DNA of 63,653 bases, filler included, from Octopus bimaculoides (GCF_001194135.2; 5 parts of 4 records of this genome joined end to end with filler, not necessarily neighbours in it), one strand, 5' to 3'. Counted from the first letter of the whole stretch, positions 25,268-37,052 are shown. Notes: generated by a model from the sequence alone, not told the origin. Numbers and translations are program-made.

Positions 25268-25667
25268 GTAAGTTATAATTTTTTTTTTTCTATGCCCAAA
25301 CTACATTTTTTTTCACAAACTTATTGATTATAGGTGTGGTGTGGATGTGTGCTTAAGATGTTTACTTCTTGACCGTGTGGTCTTGGGTTCAATCCTACTG
25401 CAGAGCACTACAGTTGCTTGGACAAACAAGTGTATCTACAACATTAGCCCCAGGACAACCAGTGCTTTGTGAATGAAATTCGATTGCTTAGAAACTGTGT
25501 AAACTCATATGTCATCATTATGGTTGTCATATTCTACGTTGTCATCATCAACATCATCATCATCATTACTATCACCACCAGCCTCCCCTCCTCCTATATA
25601 TATGTGTGTGTGTGTGTGTCTAATATATATATATATATATATGCATATTATACATATATATTTTATA

Positions 25668-25865
25668 TTTCAGTTCTATATTTAAGAGATGAGGAATTAT
25701 TTACATTATTTACATTATCTACATTTGACGGATATTCGTCCTCATCTTGTTTGTTGTTAACACAACGTTTCGGCTGATATACCCTCCAGCCTTCGTCAGG
25801 TGTCTTGGGGAAATTTCGAACCTGGGTTCTCATTCCTATCGATGTTACTATTATTATTATTATTA

Positions 25866-25896
<31 letters not shown>
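25668..25896 (-). mobile_element. PLE terminal module copy A (hammerhead-bearing tail; head lost in gap)
   Basis: Near-identical to 48665-48845 and to the reverse complement of 26161-26375. Confidence 0.85.
25759..25804 (-). ncRNA. Minimal type I hammerhead ribozyme motif (copy A)
   Basis: GACAC-CUGACGA-A-GGCUG(gagggtatat)CAGCC-GAAA-CGUU-GUGUU. Stem I is GACAC/GUGUU, stem II is 5 bp, helix III is the palindromic ACGU, and the predicted cleavage triplet is GUU. Confidence 0.65.
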
Positions 25897-26087
25897 NNNN
25901 NNNNNNNNNNNNNNNNNNNNNNNNNNNNNNNNNNNNNNNNNNNNNNNNNNNNNNNNNNNNNNNNNNNNNNNNNNNNNNNNNNNNNNNNNNNNNNNNNNNN
26001 NNNNNNNNNNNNNNNNNNNNNNNNNNNNNNNNNNNNNNNNNNNNNNNNNNNNNNNNNNNNNNNNNNNNNNNNNNNNNNNNNNNNNNN

Positions 26088-26158
26088 ATATGGCGTAGTT
26101 GTTAAGAGCGCGGGCTACTAACCCCAAGGTTCCGAGTTCGATTCACGGCAGCGACCTG

Positions 26159-26189
<31 letters not shown>

Positions 26190-26375
26190 TAATAATAATA
26201 ATATAATAATAATAATAATAATAATAGTAACATCGATAGGAATGAGAACCCAGGTTCGAAATTTCCCCAAGACACCTGACGAAGGCTGGAGGGTGTATAT
26301 CAGCCGAAACGTTGTGTTAACAACAAACAAGATGAGGACGAATATCCGTCAAATGTAGATAATGTAAATAATGTA
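26088..26375 (+). mobile_element. PLE terminal module copy B: tRNA-like head, (AAT)n, hammerhead
   Basis: A box tggcgtagttg (26091-26101), B box gagttcgattc (26134-26144), (aat)n 26161-26226, hammerhead 26271-26318. Confidence 0.85.
26271..26318 (+). ncRNA. Minimal type I hammerhead ribozyme motif (copy B), sense to ERCC6L2
   Basis: gacac 26271-75, ctgacga 26276-82, ggctg 26284-88 / cagcc 26301-05, gaaa 26306-09, cgtt, gtgtt 26314-18. Confidence 0.65.
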
Positions 26376-26924
26376 TTTTATATTTATATATACATACATA
26401 CATATGTATGTACACACACACGCACACACGCACGCACATCCATCTCATGTTAATATTGAAAAAGCGAACATAAGAATAATGATGATATTGTGTGTCTCAA
26501 TGTTCAACGGCGAAAAGGATTAGAACATGAATGAAATATACATTGCAGTATTAAGTTCCAACTCAGTTACCTCCCATGACACTTAGTTTGTCTTCACATT
26601 CTTTTCAGAGATTCATAATAAAACAAGTACAAAAGTACTGAGGTCGGTACGAAAGCACCTAGATCAGGTCAAGAAAATCCTGAAACCGGTACCATGTAAC
26701 CGAGTACTGCCTGTTTCATGTCAGGTGGTTGTCGACTAAACCAGCTCCCCTACCTGGCTTCCCAGGTGAGGAGTGAGTCATAGGCACTCCGCTGGTCTAA
26801 AAACAAGACCTGTCAAAAAACAGACGAGCTTATTGTTAGCTGATAGCCATCCACATGTGTGGTGTCTCGTAAAATCATCCTGTACATGGGCTAGAAAACC
26901 ATGCAGCTGGCTCAAGACTGTTGT

Positions 26925-27313
26925 TGTTGTTGTTGGCACTCCGTCGCTTACGACGTCGCAGTTTCCAGTTGATCCGATCAACAGAACAGCCTGCTCGTGA
27001 AATTAACGTGCAAGTGGCTGAGCACTCCACAGACACGTGTACCCTTAATGTAGTTCTCGGGGATATTCAGCGTGACACAGAGTGTGACAAGGCTGACCCT
27101 TTGAATTACAGGCACAACAGAAACAGGAAGAAAGAATGAGAGAAAGTTGTGGTGAAAGAGTACAGCAAGGTTCGCCACCATCCCCTGCCGGAGCCTCGTG
27201 GAGCTTTTAGGTGTTTTCGCTCAATAAACACTCACAACGCCCGGTCTGGGAATCGAAACCGCGATCCTATGACCACGAGTCCGCTGCCCTAACCACTGGG
27301 CCATTGCGCCTCC
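26925..27313 (-). mobile_element. tRNA-derived SINE family C, full length and young
   Basis: Head ggaggcgcaatggcccagtggttagggcagcggactcg...ggtttcgattccc with an (AAC)n tail; homologous to 56823-57200. A partial copy lies at ~28135-28255. Confidence 0.85.
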
Positions 27314-28259
27314 ACACTGTAGTACATAAACCCCAATAAAACACATCCTGTGTTTCCATAGAGTTGTTATCTAAAATTCCTTGTTAGTGATATTTCAGAG
27401 TGGCCACAATCAAGTGACTGAATCTAGTGAAATGATAATATGATTTTTTTGTTTATAAATTGGAAATGTTAACCACGTGGGCCTGGTTGTGTGGTTTAGA
27501 AGTGCATTTTGCAACCACAGTTTCAGGTTATGTTCCACTGAACAGCCCCTTGAGCAAGTGTCATCTGCTATAGCCCTGGGTCAGCCAGTGCCTTGTGAGT
27601 GAATCTGGTAAACAGAAACTATGTGGAAGCCTGTCAGTGTGTTCCCCCTCTGAGGCACAAGTTTGGGCAAAGTTGTTTATGGAAGGCCATCGGTCACCCA
27701 TGCATAACAGCCTCCCCTCTCCGTGCCACCAATGTTATCCAAGGGAATGGTAAAGACTGCTATGACGACGACTTAAATGGGGATGTTCTGTTAGAACAAT
27801 GCCAAGAGGTAATATCTATTTCCTTTGTGTGGGTGACACGTAAAAGCACCCACTACACTCTTTGAGTGGTTGGCGTTAGGAAGGGCATCCAGCTGTAGAA
27901 AGTCTGCCAAATCAGATTGGAGCCTGGTGTAGCCATCTGGTTTCACCAGTCCTCAGTCAAATCGTCCAACCCATGCTAGCATGGAAAGCGGACGTTTTTT
28001 TCTAACAGAACCTTCACGTTTAAATGGGGATAAATATCACCTCAATGTATTAATATCTGAGAGGTAATATTTATATTCACTTAAACATGGATGTTCTTTT
28101 AGAACAGACAGTACAGTATATATTTACATTTGTTATTTCTGTTGTGCCTGTAATTCAAAGGGTCAGCCTTGTCACACTGTGTCACGCTGAATATCCCCGA
28201 GAACTACGTTAAGGGTACACGTGTCTGTGGAGTGCTCAGCCACTTGCATGTTAAATATT

Positions 28260-28296
<37 letters not shown>

Positions 28297-28424
28297 ATGT
28301 ATGTATGTATGTATTTGTGTGTCTGTGTTTGTCCCTCCACCATCGCTTGGCAACTGATGTTGGTGTGTTTATGTCCCCATAACTTAGCGGTTCAGCAAAG
28401 GAGGCGAATAGAATAAGTACTAGG

Positions 28425-28645
28425 TAGAGAAGATTGCGAGCTGACAGAAGTGTTAGCAACCTGGACCAAATGCTTTATCAGCATTCCATCCATCTTCGTG
28501 TTCTGAGCTCAAATTTTTGCTGAGGCTGACTTCGCCTTTCATTTTTTCAGGGTTGATAAAATAAGTACCAATTGAACACTGGCATTGGTGATATTGACTT
28601 CTCGCTCCCATCAAAAATTACTGGCCTTGTGCCAAAATTTAAAAC
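28425..28645 (+). mobile_element. SINE family B
   Basis: gcgagctgacagaagtgttagc...ttctgagctcaaat...ggccttgtgccaaaattt. Confidence 0.7.
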
Positions 28646-28650
28646 TATTC

Positions 28651-28978
28651 TTTATAAGCCCTAAAATTCACTCCATAATTGCCCACGGGCATATGGTGTA
28701 GTAGTTAAGAGCGTGGGCTACTAACCCCTAGATTCTGAGTTCGATTCCAAGCAGTGACCTGAACAACAACAGCAACAACAATAATAATAATGATAACAAC
28801 AATAATATCAAAAAATACCTTAAGAATGAGAACCCAGGTTCGAAATTTCCCCAAGACACCTGATGAAGGCTGGAAGGTATATCAGCTGAAACGTATTACC
28901 AACAAACAAGATGAGGACAAATATCCGTCAAATGTAATTAATGTAAATAATTCCTCATCTCTTAAATATAGAACTGAA
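28651..28978 (+). mobile_element. PLE terminal module copy C, starting at the PLE stop codon (older, diverged)
   Basis: Begins tttataagccctaaaattcactccataattgcccacgggcatatgg, i.e. the PLE ORF end TTA TAA plus UTR. It has a tRNA-like head at ~28693-28760 and hammerhead core ctgatga...gaaacgta at 28860-28895. Confidence 0.85.
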
Positions 28979-29047
28979 TTATTATCATTACATGAATTAC
29001 TAGAATCTTTTTAATCGTCGTTATCATTATTTTTATTATTGTTTTAG

Positions 29048-29196
29048 ATGACAACATAGTATTTTGTAAATTAAGTGACTTTCAGAAGAAGTTACATTCT
29101 ACAATCTCTCGAAATGAAGACTTCCAGAACATTCTTCAGGCTTCCGATCCTTGTAAATGCGGCAGTGGAAAACCCCAAAAGAAATGTTGTAGGAAG
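29048..29196 (+). CDS. ERCC6L2: ERCC6L2 exon
   Basis: ttttag|AT GAC...AGG AAG|gttggt; encodes DDNIVFCKLSDFQKKLH...SDPCKCGSGKPQKKCCRK, matching the recalled human EDRMVYCSLTDFQK...SEPCTCRSGQKRRNCC. Confidence 0.92.
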
Positions 29197-29744
29197 GTTG
29201 GTGCTTTCATTTTTTTTTTTTTTCATAAATTCACATTATAGGTTTATAGGTGTATTTTTTCCTCATGAGTTTTAAAACTACATTTTATATTTTTACTATA
29301 CACCACACCACTACTGTCCAACAATAATTATTTCCCAAAATTTAGATGGCTCTACTTTATTTGTTCACTTGCTTAATTAATTGTGTGGTATTTGATAAAT
29401 TACATTAAAATAGTTAGTCATTATTTGTTTCACATAGGATGCAATTAATGAGTTTTGTGTCTTCCTCGTAGCAGTTGTCAATATTTTGCATGTAGTGAAG
29501 AATTATGTGTACCAACCACAAATTAAGTCCAGTGAATAAGTTATTTTTAATTATGAATCAATTCACTCATTTGTTTCCTTCAAAGGCATACACATTCCTT
29601 TTGCATCAGTTTACCATTATACACATTTAACCATTACACATTTTATTCCAGCTAGCTTACATATGTTTCTAATAAACCTGGAGAGTCATAGTTCCTTGGT
29701 ACAACAATCACATTTATTAATCAATCCTGTAATTAATCAATAGC

Positions 29745-30060
29745 ATATGTCTTCTGCTATAACTTTGGCTGACCAAAGCTTTGTGAGTGGATTTGGTAGA
29801 TTGGAAACTGAAAGAAGCCCTTTGAATACATATATTTATGTGTGTGTCTTTGTGTCTGTGTGTCCCCCCCATTTCACCACTTGACAATTGGTGTTGGTGT
29901 GTCTATATCCCTGTAACTTAATGGTTTGGCAAAAGGGACTCATAGAACAAGTACCAGGCTTAACAAAAAAATAAGTACAGGGGCTGATTCATTTGACTAA
30001 AAATTCTTCAAGGCAGTGCCCAAGCATGGCTGCCATCTAATTACTGAAACTAGTTAAAAG
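29745..30060 (+). mobile_element. SINE family A, 5'-truncated
   Basis: ggctgaccaaagctttgtgagtggatttggtaga...cccaagcatggctgcc. Other partial copies lie at ~340-482, 10236-10325, 14065-14200, 18770-18960, 23335-23525, 27478-27630 and 31470-31790. Confidence 0.75.
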
Positions 30061-30243
30061 ATATGCTTTAATTTTCATATAAGTACTTGTCAATAGGAAA
30101 TTTTTATGGCAAACAACCAGAAGAATTCTCAAGAGAATTGGTACCTAAAGAATTAAAGCAGTTGCATTCTCCAAACATGGTTATAAAAACTGGAAAGTTG
30201 ACATTTCTTTTTTTTCTTTTTTTTTCTGCTTTTCTTATTTCAG

Positions 30244-30468
30244 AAGTCAGGGAAAGGCCGATCACTTATTTTTCAATTTCTACACCTCCTCTTAAAAGTT
30301 GCAAACCACCCAGCTTTGTTATTGTCTCAAAGAAATTCTACAGAAAGGAAAACAAACCAGTTTCAAATGATTCATGATACGATATTCCGGACAAATCAAC
30401 AATACCAACAACTGACTAAGGAATCTTTAGTTTCTTTATCCAACCCAAAATACTGTGGTAAGATGAAG
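30244..30468 (+). CDS. ERCC6L2: ERCC6L2 exon
   Basis: tttcag|AAG...ATG AAG|gtgagt; 75 open codons KSGKGRSLIFQFLHLLLKVANHPALL...LSNPKYCGKMK (human LQKVANHVALL...LSDPKYSGKMK). Confidence 0.93.
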
Positions 30469-30669
30469 GTGAGTTAAGTATTTCATTAAGTCTAATATGG
30501 AAAAGTCATTTAAAAGTGTTTATTAGTTAATTTTCCCCTGGTAGAAGGTCGTTGATAAACACCCCAACACACCAAGGGCAGATAAGGCCTTTCAGCTTTC
30601 TTAGCTGCTCATCTAACAATGAATGCAAAAGAGATAGTTGAATAACTGTAAACCTACTTTTGGGCCACC

Positions 30670-30707
<38 letters not shown>

Positions 30708-31262
30708 NNNNNNNNNNNNNNNNNNNNNNNNNNNNNNNNNNNNNNNNNNNNNNNNNNNNNNNNNNNNNNNNNNNNNNNNNNNNNNNNNNNNNNNNNNNNN
30801 NNNNNNNNNNNNNNNNNNNNNNNNNNNNNNNNNNNNNNNNNNNNNNNNNNNNNNNNNNNNNNNNNNNNNNNNNNNNNNNNNNNNNNNNNNNNNNNNNNNN
30901 NNNNNNNNNNNNNNNNNNNNNNNNNNNNNNNNNNNNNNNNNNNNNNNNNNNNNNNNNNNNNNNNNNNNNNNNNNNNNNNNNNNNNNNNNNNNNNNNNNNN
31001 NNNNNNNNNNNNNNNNNNNNATGGTTATGTACACAGGCACAGACATGTGTATTGGAGTGCCTAAAACTCTTGGTCAAGCTTCCATGCAACATGACTGAAC
31101 CCGAAACTACATGGGTGGGAAGCAAATTCCTTAACCACACAGCTATACCTTATGCTTATTCAACGTTATAAAAACAAAAGCATGAAAAAAAAACGAAAAA
31201 ACCAAAGGCCACTCTGCCATACAGACATGTTAACATAAGTTCATTTTATTTTTTATTTTCAG

Positions 31263-31408
31263 CTGTTAGACATTTTGGAAGTTTACCTTCAAACTGCTCT
31301 TTATGAGTTCCGTCGTATTGATGGTCAAGTAAGCCCCAAGAACCGATCAACAATTGTCCAGGAATTCAACAATGACCCAAGCATATTCATATGTCTAATA
31401 TCAACCAA
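31263..31408 (+). CDS. ERCC6L2: ERCC6L2 exon (helicase C-terminal lobe)
   Basis: ttttcag|CTG...ACC AA|gtaagc; encodes LLDILEVYLQTALYEFRRIDGQVSPKNRSTIVQEFNNDPSIFICLISTK. Confidence 0.95.
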
Positions 31409-32157
31409 GTAAGCTTCATTTTTTTACCAATTCTTGTGGTAAAAGCTGTGCTCTTTGCTTGTCTGTTGTTGTTTCAGGCTTCTGCTTGTTTCAGTTATTA
31501 GACTGTGGCCATGCTGGGGCACTACCTCGAAGGGTTTAGTCAAACAAACCAACCCAAGCACTTATGTTTTTAAGTCTGGTACTTATTCTATCAGTCCTTT
31601 TTTGTTGGACTGCTAAGTTATGGTTGTAAAATAGTGTGAGTGTATGTATGTGAGAGAGACAAACGCAGATGCAAAGGCACACACACACACACACACACAC
31701 AAATATATATACAATGGGCTTCCACGCAGTTTCCATCTACAAAATTCACTCACTGAGGCTCAAGAAGACACTTGCCCAAGGTGTCAGGCTAGATTTGGCC
31801 AGTTTGAAATGGTAGAATATTTGGACTGATCTGGCCAGTTTAAATGCTAAAAGGTTAACCACACAAAAAGGATTAAGCAAACTCAAGCCCCCTGTAGCCT
31901 TTTCTTTGTTTCATGGTGTTTTGTAATGAATATGGAACCAACTAGTTACATGAATATGAGATGTTTGGAGACAGCTGTTTTGGCGCCACATATTTGGTGT
32001 CACCGATTCATCACTAACTTATTTAAAATCAGATGTTTTAATGTTTCTCTGATTCACTCTCGCTCTTTCTCTGTCTCTGTCTGTCTCTTTCTCCCTCTCT
32101 CTCTCTCTCTCTGTCTCTCTCTGTCTCTCTCTTTCTCTCTCTTTCTCTCTCTCTCTG

Positions 32158-32200
<43 letters not shown>

Positions 32201-32496
32201 TTCTCTCTCTCTCTTTCTCTCTCTCTCTTTCTCTCTCTCTCTTTCTCTCTCTNNNNNNNNNNNNNNNNNNNNNNNNNNNNNNNNNNNNNNNNNNNNNNNN
32301 NNNNNNNNNNNNNNNNNNNNNNNNNNNNNNNNNNNNNNNNNNNNNNNNNNNNNNNNNNNNNNNNNNNNNNNNNNNNNNNNNNNNNNNNNNNNNNNNNNNN
32401 NNNNNNNNNNTCGCTCTCTCTCTCTCTCTCTCTTTCTTTCGCTCTCTCTCTCTCTCTGTCTCTTTTTCTCTCTCACTCTCTTTCTCCCCCAGTCTT

Positions 32497-32532
<36 letters not shown>

Positions 32533-32707
32533 CCTTCTTCCCTCCTGCTCTCTCCTCTACCCTATCTTTCTCTCCCTCTTTCTCTCTTCTCTTTCCCTCC
32601 TCTCTCTCTCCCTCTTTCCCTCCCTCTCCCTCCCTCTGCTTCTCATCATCATCGTCATCATCATTTATTAAATTGTTTTGTATTTTGTATTTCTCTCTCT
32701 CTTGCAG

Positions 32708-32803
32708 AGCTGGTGGACTTGGCTTAAATATAACTGGTGCAAATGTGGTCATCATTTTCGACCCAAACTGGAACCCTAGCCATGACTTGCAGGCACAAGA
32801 CCG
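32708..32803 (+). CDS. ERCC6L2: ERCC6L2 exon (helicase motif V)
   Basis: ttgcag|A GCT...GAC CG|gtcagt; encodes [32 protein letters not shown]. Confidence 0.96.
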
Positions 32804-33368
32804 GTCAGTTGTGTTGTCCCTTAAACTGCAGCCCAGCAAAATGACTGGATCAGCCTTAATCATAACAATAACAATAACAATAATAATAACAATAACAACA
32901 ATAATAATAATAATAATAATAATAGTAATAATAATTACAACAATAATAATCTAGTCGATTACATAGGCCCCAATGTTTCACTGGTACTTAATTTATAGAC
33001 CCCTGAAGGATGAAATGCAAAGTCTACTTCGGCAGAATTTGAACTCAGAATGTAGTGATTGGCAAAATACTGCTAAGCATTTTGCCCAGCATGCTAATGC
33101 TTCTGCCATCTTGCCACCTTAATGATGATAATAATGATGATGATAATAATAATAATAATTGCAATAACAACAACAACAATAGCAACGATAATAATAAAGA
33201 TTGATAAAACTCAGTCAGAGAACAATCACAGAATCTGTGGAAAAGTGAATATTAGTAACATAATATGGTTAATACAATGAACTAAATACTTTTCCATTGC
33301 CTTCTTGCTTTTCAAGAAATAATTATTATTAATTACGATAATTAATTATCTTTTTATTTCCATTATAG

Positions 33369-33468
33369 GGCTTATCGGATTGGACAGCGACGTGATGTTC
33401 AAGTGTTTCGACTGATATCGTCTTGCTCCATTGAAGAGAACATCTACTTAAGACAGGTTTATAAACAG
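33369..33468 (+). CDS. ERCC6L2: ERCC6L2 exon (helicase motif VI)
   Basis: ttatag|G GCT...AAA CAG|gtatgt; encodes [34 protein letters not shown]. Confidence 0.96.
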
Positions 33469-33575
33469 GTATGTGTTATGTAAATAAACAATGTTTTGAA
33501 TTAATATTAATATTTGTGGATGTGTAATAAGAAGTTTGCTTCTCAACCACATAGCTCTGGGGTCAGTTCTATGCA

Positions 33576-33606
<31 letters not shown>

Positions 33607-33744
33607 GTGTCTACCTATTTGTGTCCTCAAACTGTTTATATACTTTATAAAATGGTGTAACCATATAGGCATTATCATACTTTATGCCTGTTATAATAAC
33701 CTTCGTAATTTCTCAGAAATAATTCTTCATTAACTATATTTCAG

Positions 33745-33897
33745 CAATTGGAGAAAGTGGTTATTGGAACTGAAAATGCCAAACGTTATTTCTTTGGCAT
33801 TCAAGGGGATCAGCAACACAAGGGAGAACTGTTTGGTTTGAAAAACATGTTTTCTTTCTCTGAAAAACAGTCGTCTCTAGTTGAAAACATTCTTGAG
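33745..33897 (+). CDS. ERCC6L2: ERCC6L2 exon
   Basis: tttcag|CAA...CTT GAG|gtaagt; encodes QLEKVVIGTENAKRYFFGIQGDQQHKGELFGLKNMF, diagnostic of ERCC6L2 (human [23 protein letters not shown]). Confidence 0.95.
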
Positions 33898-34626
33898 GTA
33901 AGTGGAAAAAGATACTTTGTCACACACCCTGTGACCTCTTCAGTGACTCTCCATCCCATGTCTCTCCCTGTCCTAAACAGGACAGGAAGAGACACATGTG
34001 ATAGAGACTATTGCTTGCTTCTATTCATGCTGTTACTAATTTAACTTGAAAGCTCATGGTTCAGTATTTAAAATATGGGGTTCATATGTTCAAGTTAAAG
34101 CACATGGTCTAGTGGTTTGGCTGTTGAGTTCATGATCATGAGGTTGTAGGTTCAATTTTTTGACTAACCCTGTGCTGTATTTTTGAGAAAGACACTTAAT
34201 TTCGTGCTTTTCCAGTCTGCTCAGTGGAAGTGTGTGACTTAGTAGTTAGGGTGTTGCATTTACGATGATAAGATCATGGTTTCAATTCCCAGGCTGGATG
34301 GTGCATTGTGTTCTTGTGAAAAACGTCTTCATCTCACATTCCTCCAGTCCACTCTTCTGTTAACGAGTGACTAACGAGTGAACCTGGCATCTTGCTCAAG
34401 AGTAATGTTGTAATCTCGGTCGCCTACACACCATGGAAGCTGGGTAACTGAGCCCTAGGGGTCCCAGAACGCACGATGGTACTTACTCTTTAATTTGCTA
34501 ACACTTTTTTTTATGTAATATATTGGTATGGCTGCATGGTTTAAGAAGTTTATATCTCAAGACAGGATTGTCATAGATGCAATGCTTTTGATCAGAAGTT
34601 TGCTTAATCTTGGCTAACTTAGAGCT

Positions 34627-34740
<114 letters not shown>

Positions 34741-34950
34741 TGTCCGTTGCTTCTTGGACCAGGCAATGTGTTGTATTCTTGGACCAGTTGCTTCTTGGTA
34801 GGCAAGATTTTTGGACCAGTTGCTTCTTGGTGGGCAAGATACTGTCTGAGATAATGCTGAGAGTTCTTTACAGACAAAATATTTTTCTCTCAAGGTCGCT
34901 TCTCTAATGTTTGCTTTCTGTTTTTCTTCCTTTTTTTTTATATTCTTCAG

Positions 34951-35197
34951 AGAAATAAGAAAGTGGAAAAACAGCTTGCTGGTCATAAAGTGACTAAATA
35001 TGTCTCGATTACAGTGAATCAGAAGGAAACAGAATCAAATGATGAGTGGAGTGATGAAGAAGATTTCAATATCGAGGATAGCAGTAATGGCAGTGATGAC
35101 AATAACAGCGATGACGAAGAAGAAATGGAAACCGAAAGCTCATCTGAAGAAGAATCCCCAGAACTGATGGCTCGAGGAGATTCCTTCAAAGATCTTG
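34951..35197 (+). CDS. ERCC6L2: ERCC6L2 exon (acidic linker)
   Basis: ttcttcag|AGA...CTT G|gtattc; encodes RNKKVEKQLAGHKVTKYV...SDEEDF...EEEMETESSSEEE...FKDL. Phases fit both neighbours. Confidence 0.85.
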
Positions 35198-35889
35198 GTA
35201 TTCAAATTCTCTATATTACTGATTGTTCTTTAATTTAATCCTGTCTCAGGGTTTTGTCACTCGGGAACCTTTTTAGTTCTTTAATTTCAGCTTTAACTAT
35301 CTTTTTTGTATGATTTCATTGGTTTACCATTGTTCATTTCTGCAAAGACCGAAAATAGTCTACTTCAGAATTGCAGTTGAAGCAATTTTAGTTAATGGTT
35401 TAATAATATGGACGCTTACAATACTCATGAAGAAAATTCTAAATGACACGTACACCAGGATGCTGCCCACTGTTCTAAATATCTCCTGGCATCACAACAT
35501 GACTAGTAAAGCATTATTCCAAGACATCCCATTTATTATAGAGACAATACAAAAGTACAAGTTGACATTTATTTATGAACTGCTGATGTAACTAGGAGCT
35601 AGAAGCTGAAATTCTTCTGTGGCAACCTTCACATGGTAACTGGGGAAGTGGTTGGTAACATCAACCAATGGCTAGAAGACACTGGATGCATTATCAAAGA
35701 ACTTAAAACTGTCATGGATGACAAGGAGGAATTGAAGACGTGTGTCAGGAATACTGAAAGATTCTCAATTCAATAATTAACTAACCTCTACTCTCTATTC
35801 TCTATCCCACATATCTTTTCTTGTTCTGTTTATTCCATTTTGTATTTCTATAGTATATATCCCTAACTGTGCATGCATTGGCCTCTGTG

Positions 35890-35982
<93 letters not shown>

Positions 35983-36412
35983 CAAAATAGAATAAGCAGA
36001 ACAAGAGGAGATACGTGGGATAGCAAGTCACTAAAGAACTAACTAACCATTTTTCAGATTATGAAAAAATACAAACGGATATTTATTCACCCAATTTTCG
36101 TCATTCTTGTTCTCTTATATCACTGTATCAGTACCTTAGTTCTAATTGTAGCTTTCTTTACTTTATATCATCATGAATCCAATTTGTTGTTCTCTCCTTG
36201 ACTAAGATCATCATCATGATTTAACATCTGTTTTCCATGCTGGCATGGGCTGGACGGTTTGAGAGGAGCTGACTGGCTGAGGGGCTGTTCAGGCTCCATG
36301 TCTGTTTCGGCATGGTTTCTACAGCTAGATGTGGTGAAGACTGACAGCCAGACAGTAGTTTTGAGAGCATTATTAGTTAAATTGTTATTACCTGTTCATA
36401 TATTCTTTACAG

Positions 36413-36564
36413 GTAACTATGGTGTGGTACATGTTCATAAGAACCGACAGATAACTGGTGCGAGTCGTGCTGAGGACCACATGAGTAAGTGTGCCATGGA
36501 AGAAGTCTTACAAGATCAGAAGAACTCTCAGCAACTGGCCATGGAGTGTGAACCTTATGTCCAG
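36413..36564 (+). CDS. ERCC6L2: ERCC6L2 exon (VIGSSK-type domain)
   Basis: tttacag|GT AAC...GTC CAG|gtatta; encodes GVVHVHKNRQITGASRAEDHMSKCA (human [24 protein letters not shown]). Confidence 0.92.
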
Positions 36565-37052
36565 GTATTACTTTCAGCTTCATTATATTTCTTTGCTTTT
36601 GTTGTTATTCTTTGCTTGACCCGCATTATGTCTCCTTCTGTAGATCAAAAGATCAAAGTTAGGCAAATTTCTGATCAATAAATATTTAGATTTTGTTTTT
36701 GTATTTGGTGTGCAAGATTCTTGTATTAGGCTACAGCATCGAAGAGGGTGCAGACAGAGATGAAAGGACTTTGATGAACTTAGCTCATTGAGTGATTAGT
36801 TAAATGGTTAGATAGTCAACCTATTCACAAATAAAAAGAAAGGAAGACGTGAAAAACGAATCAGTGTGTGTGTTTATTTCATTATTGGCATAATGACCCT
36901 CCCAAGATAGAAAAACAAATATATAGACGATCAATAAGTATCATATGAACTGAGAATAGAACAAAGATATTTTTAACTGATATTTTAAAACTAGGTATGA
37001 CATATTTATTGTAAGGTGTGCCATCTTAATATTCACCACCACCACCACCACC

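Noticed and set aside
26088-26157. Possible tRNA gene (also ~28693, ~48851, and the SINE heads at 27240-27313 and 56823)
   Set aside because: A/B boxes are present but the acceptor stem does not pair; these are tRNA-derived heads.
30540-30645. Candidate for the missing motif IV exon
   Set aside because: The frames I checked either stop or lack any KVLLFS-like motif.
31926-32954. 342-aa ORF containing the AGGLGLN motif
   Set aside because: Only 32708-32803 is an exon; the rest is (CT)n, a gap and (AAT)n.
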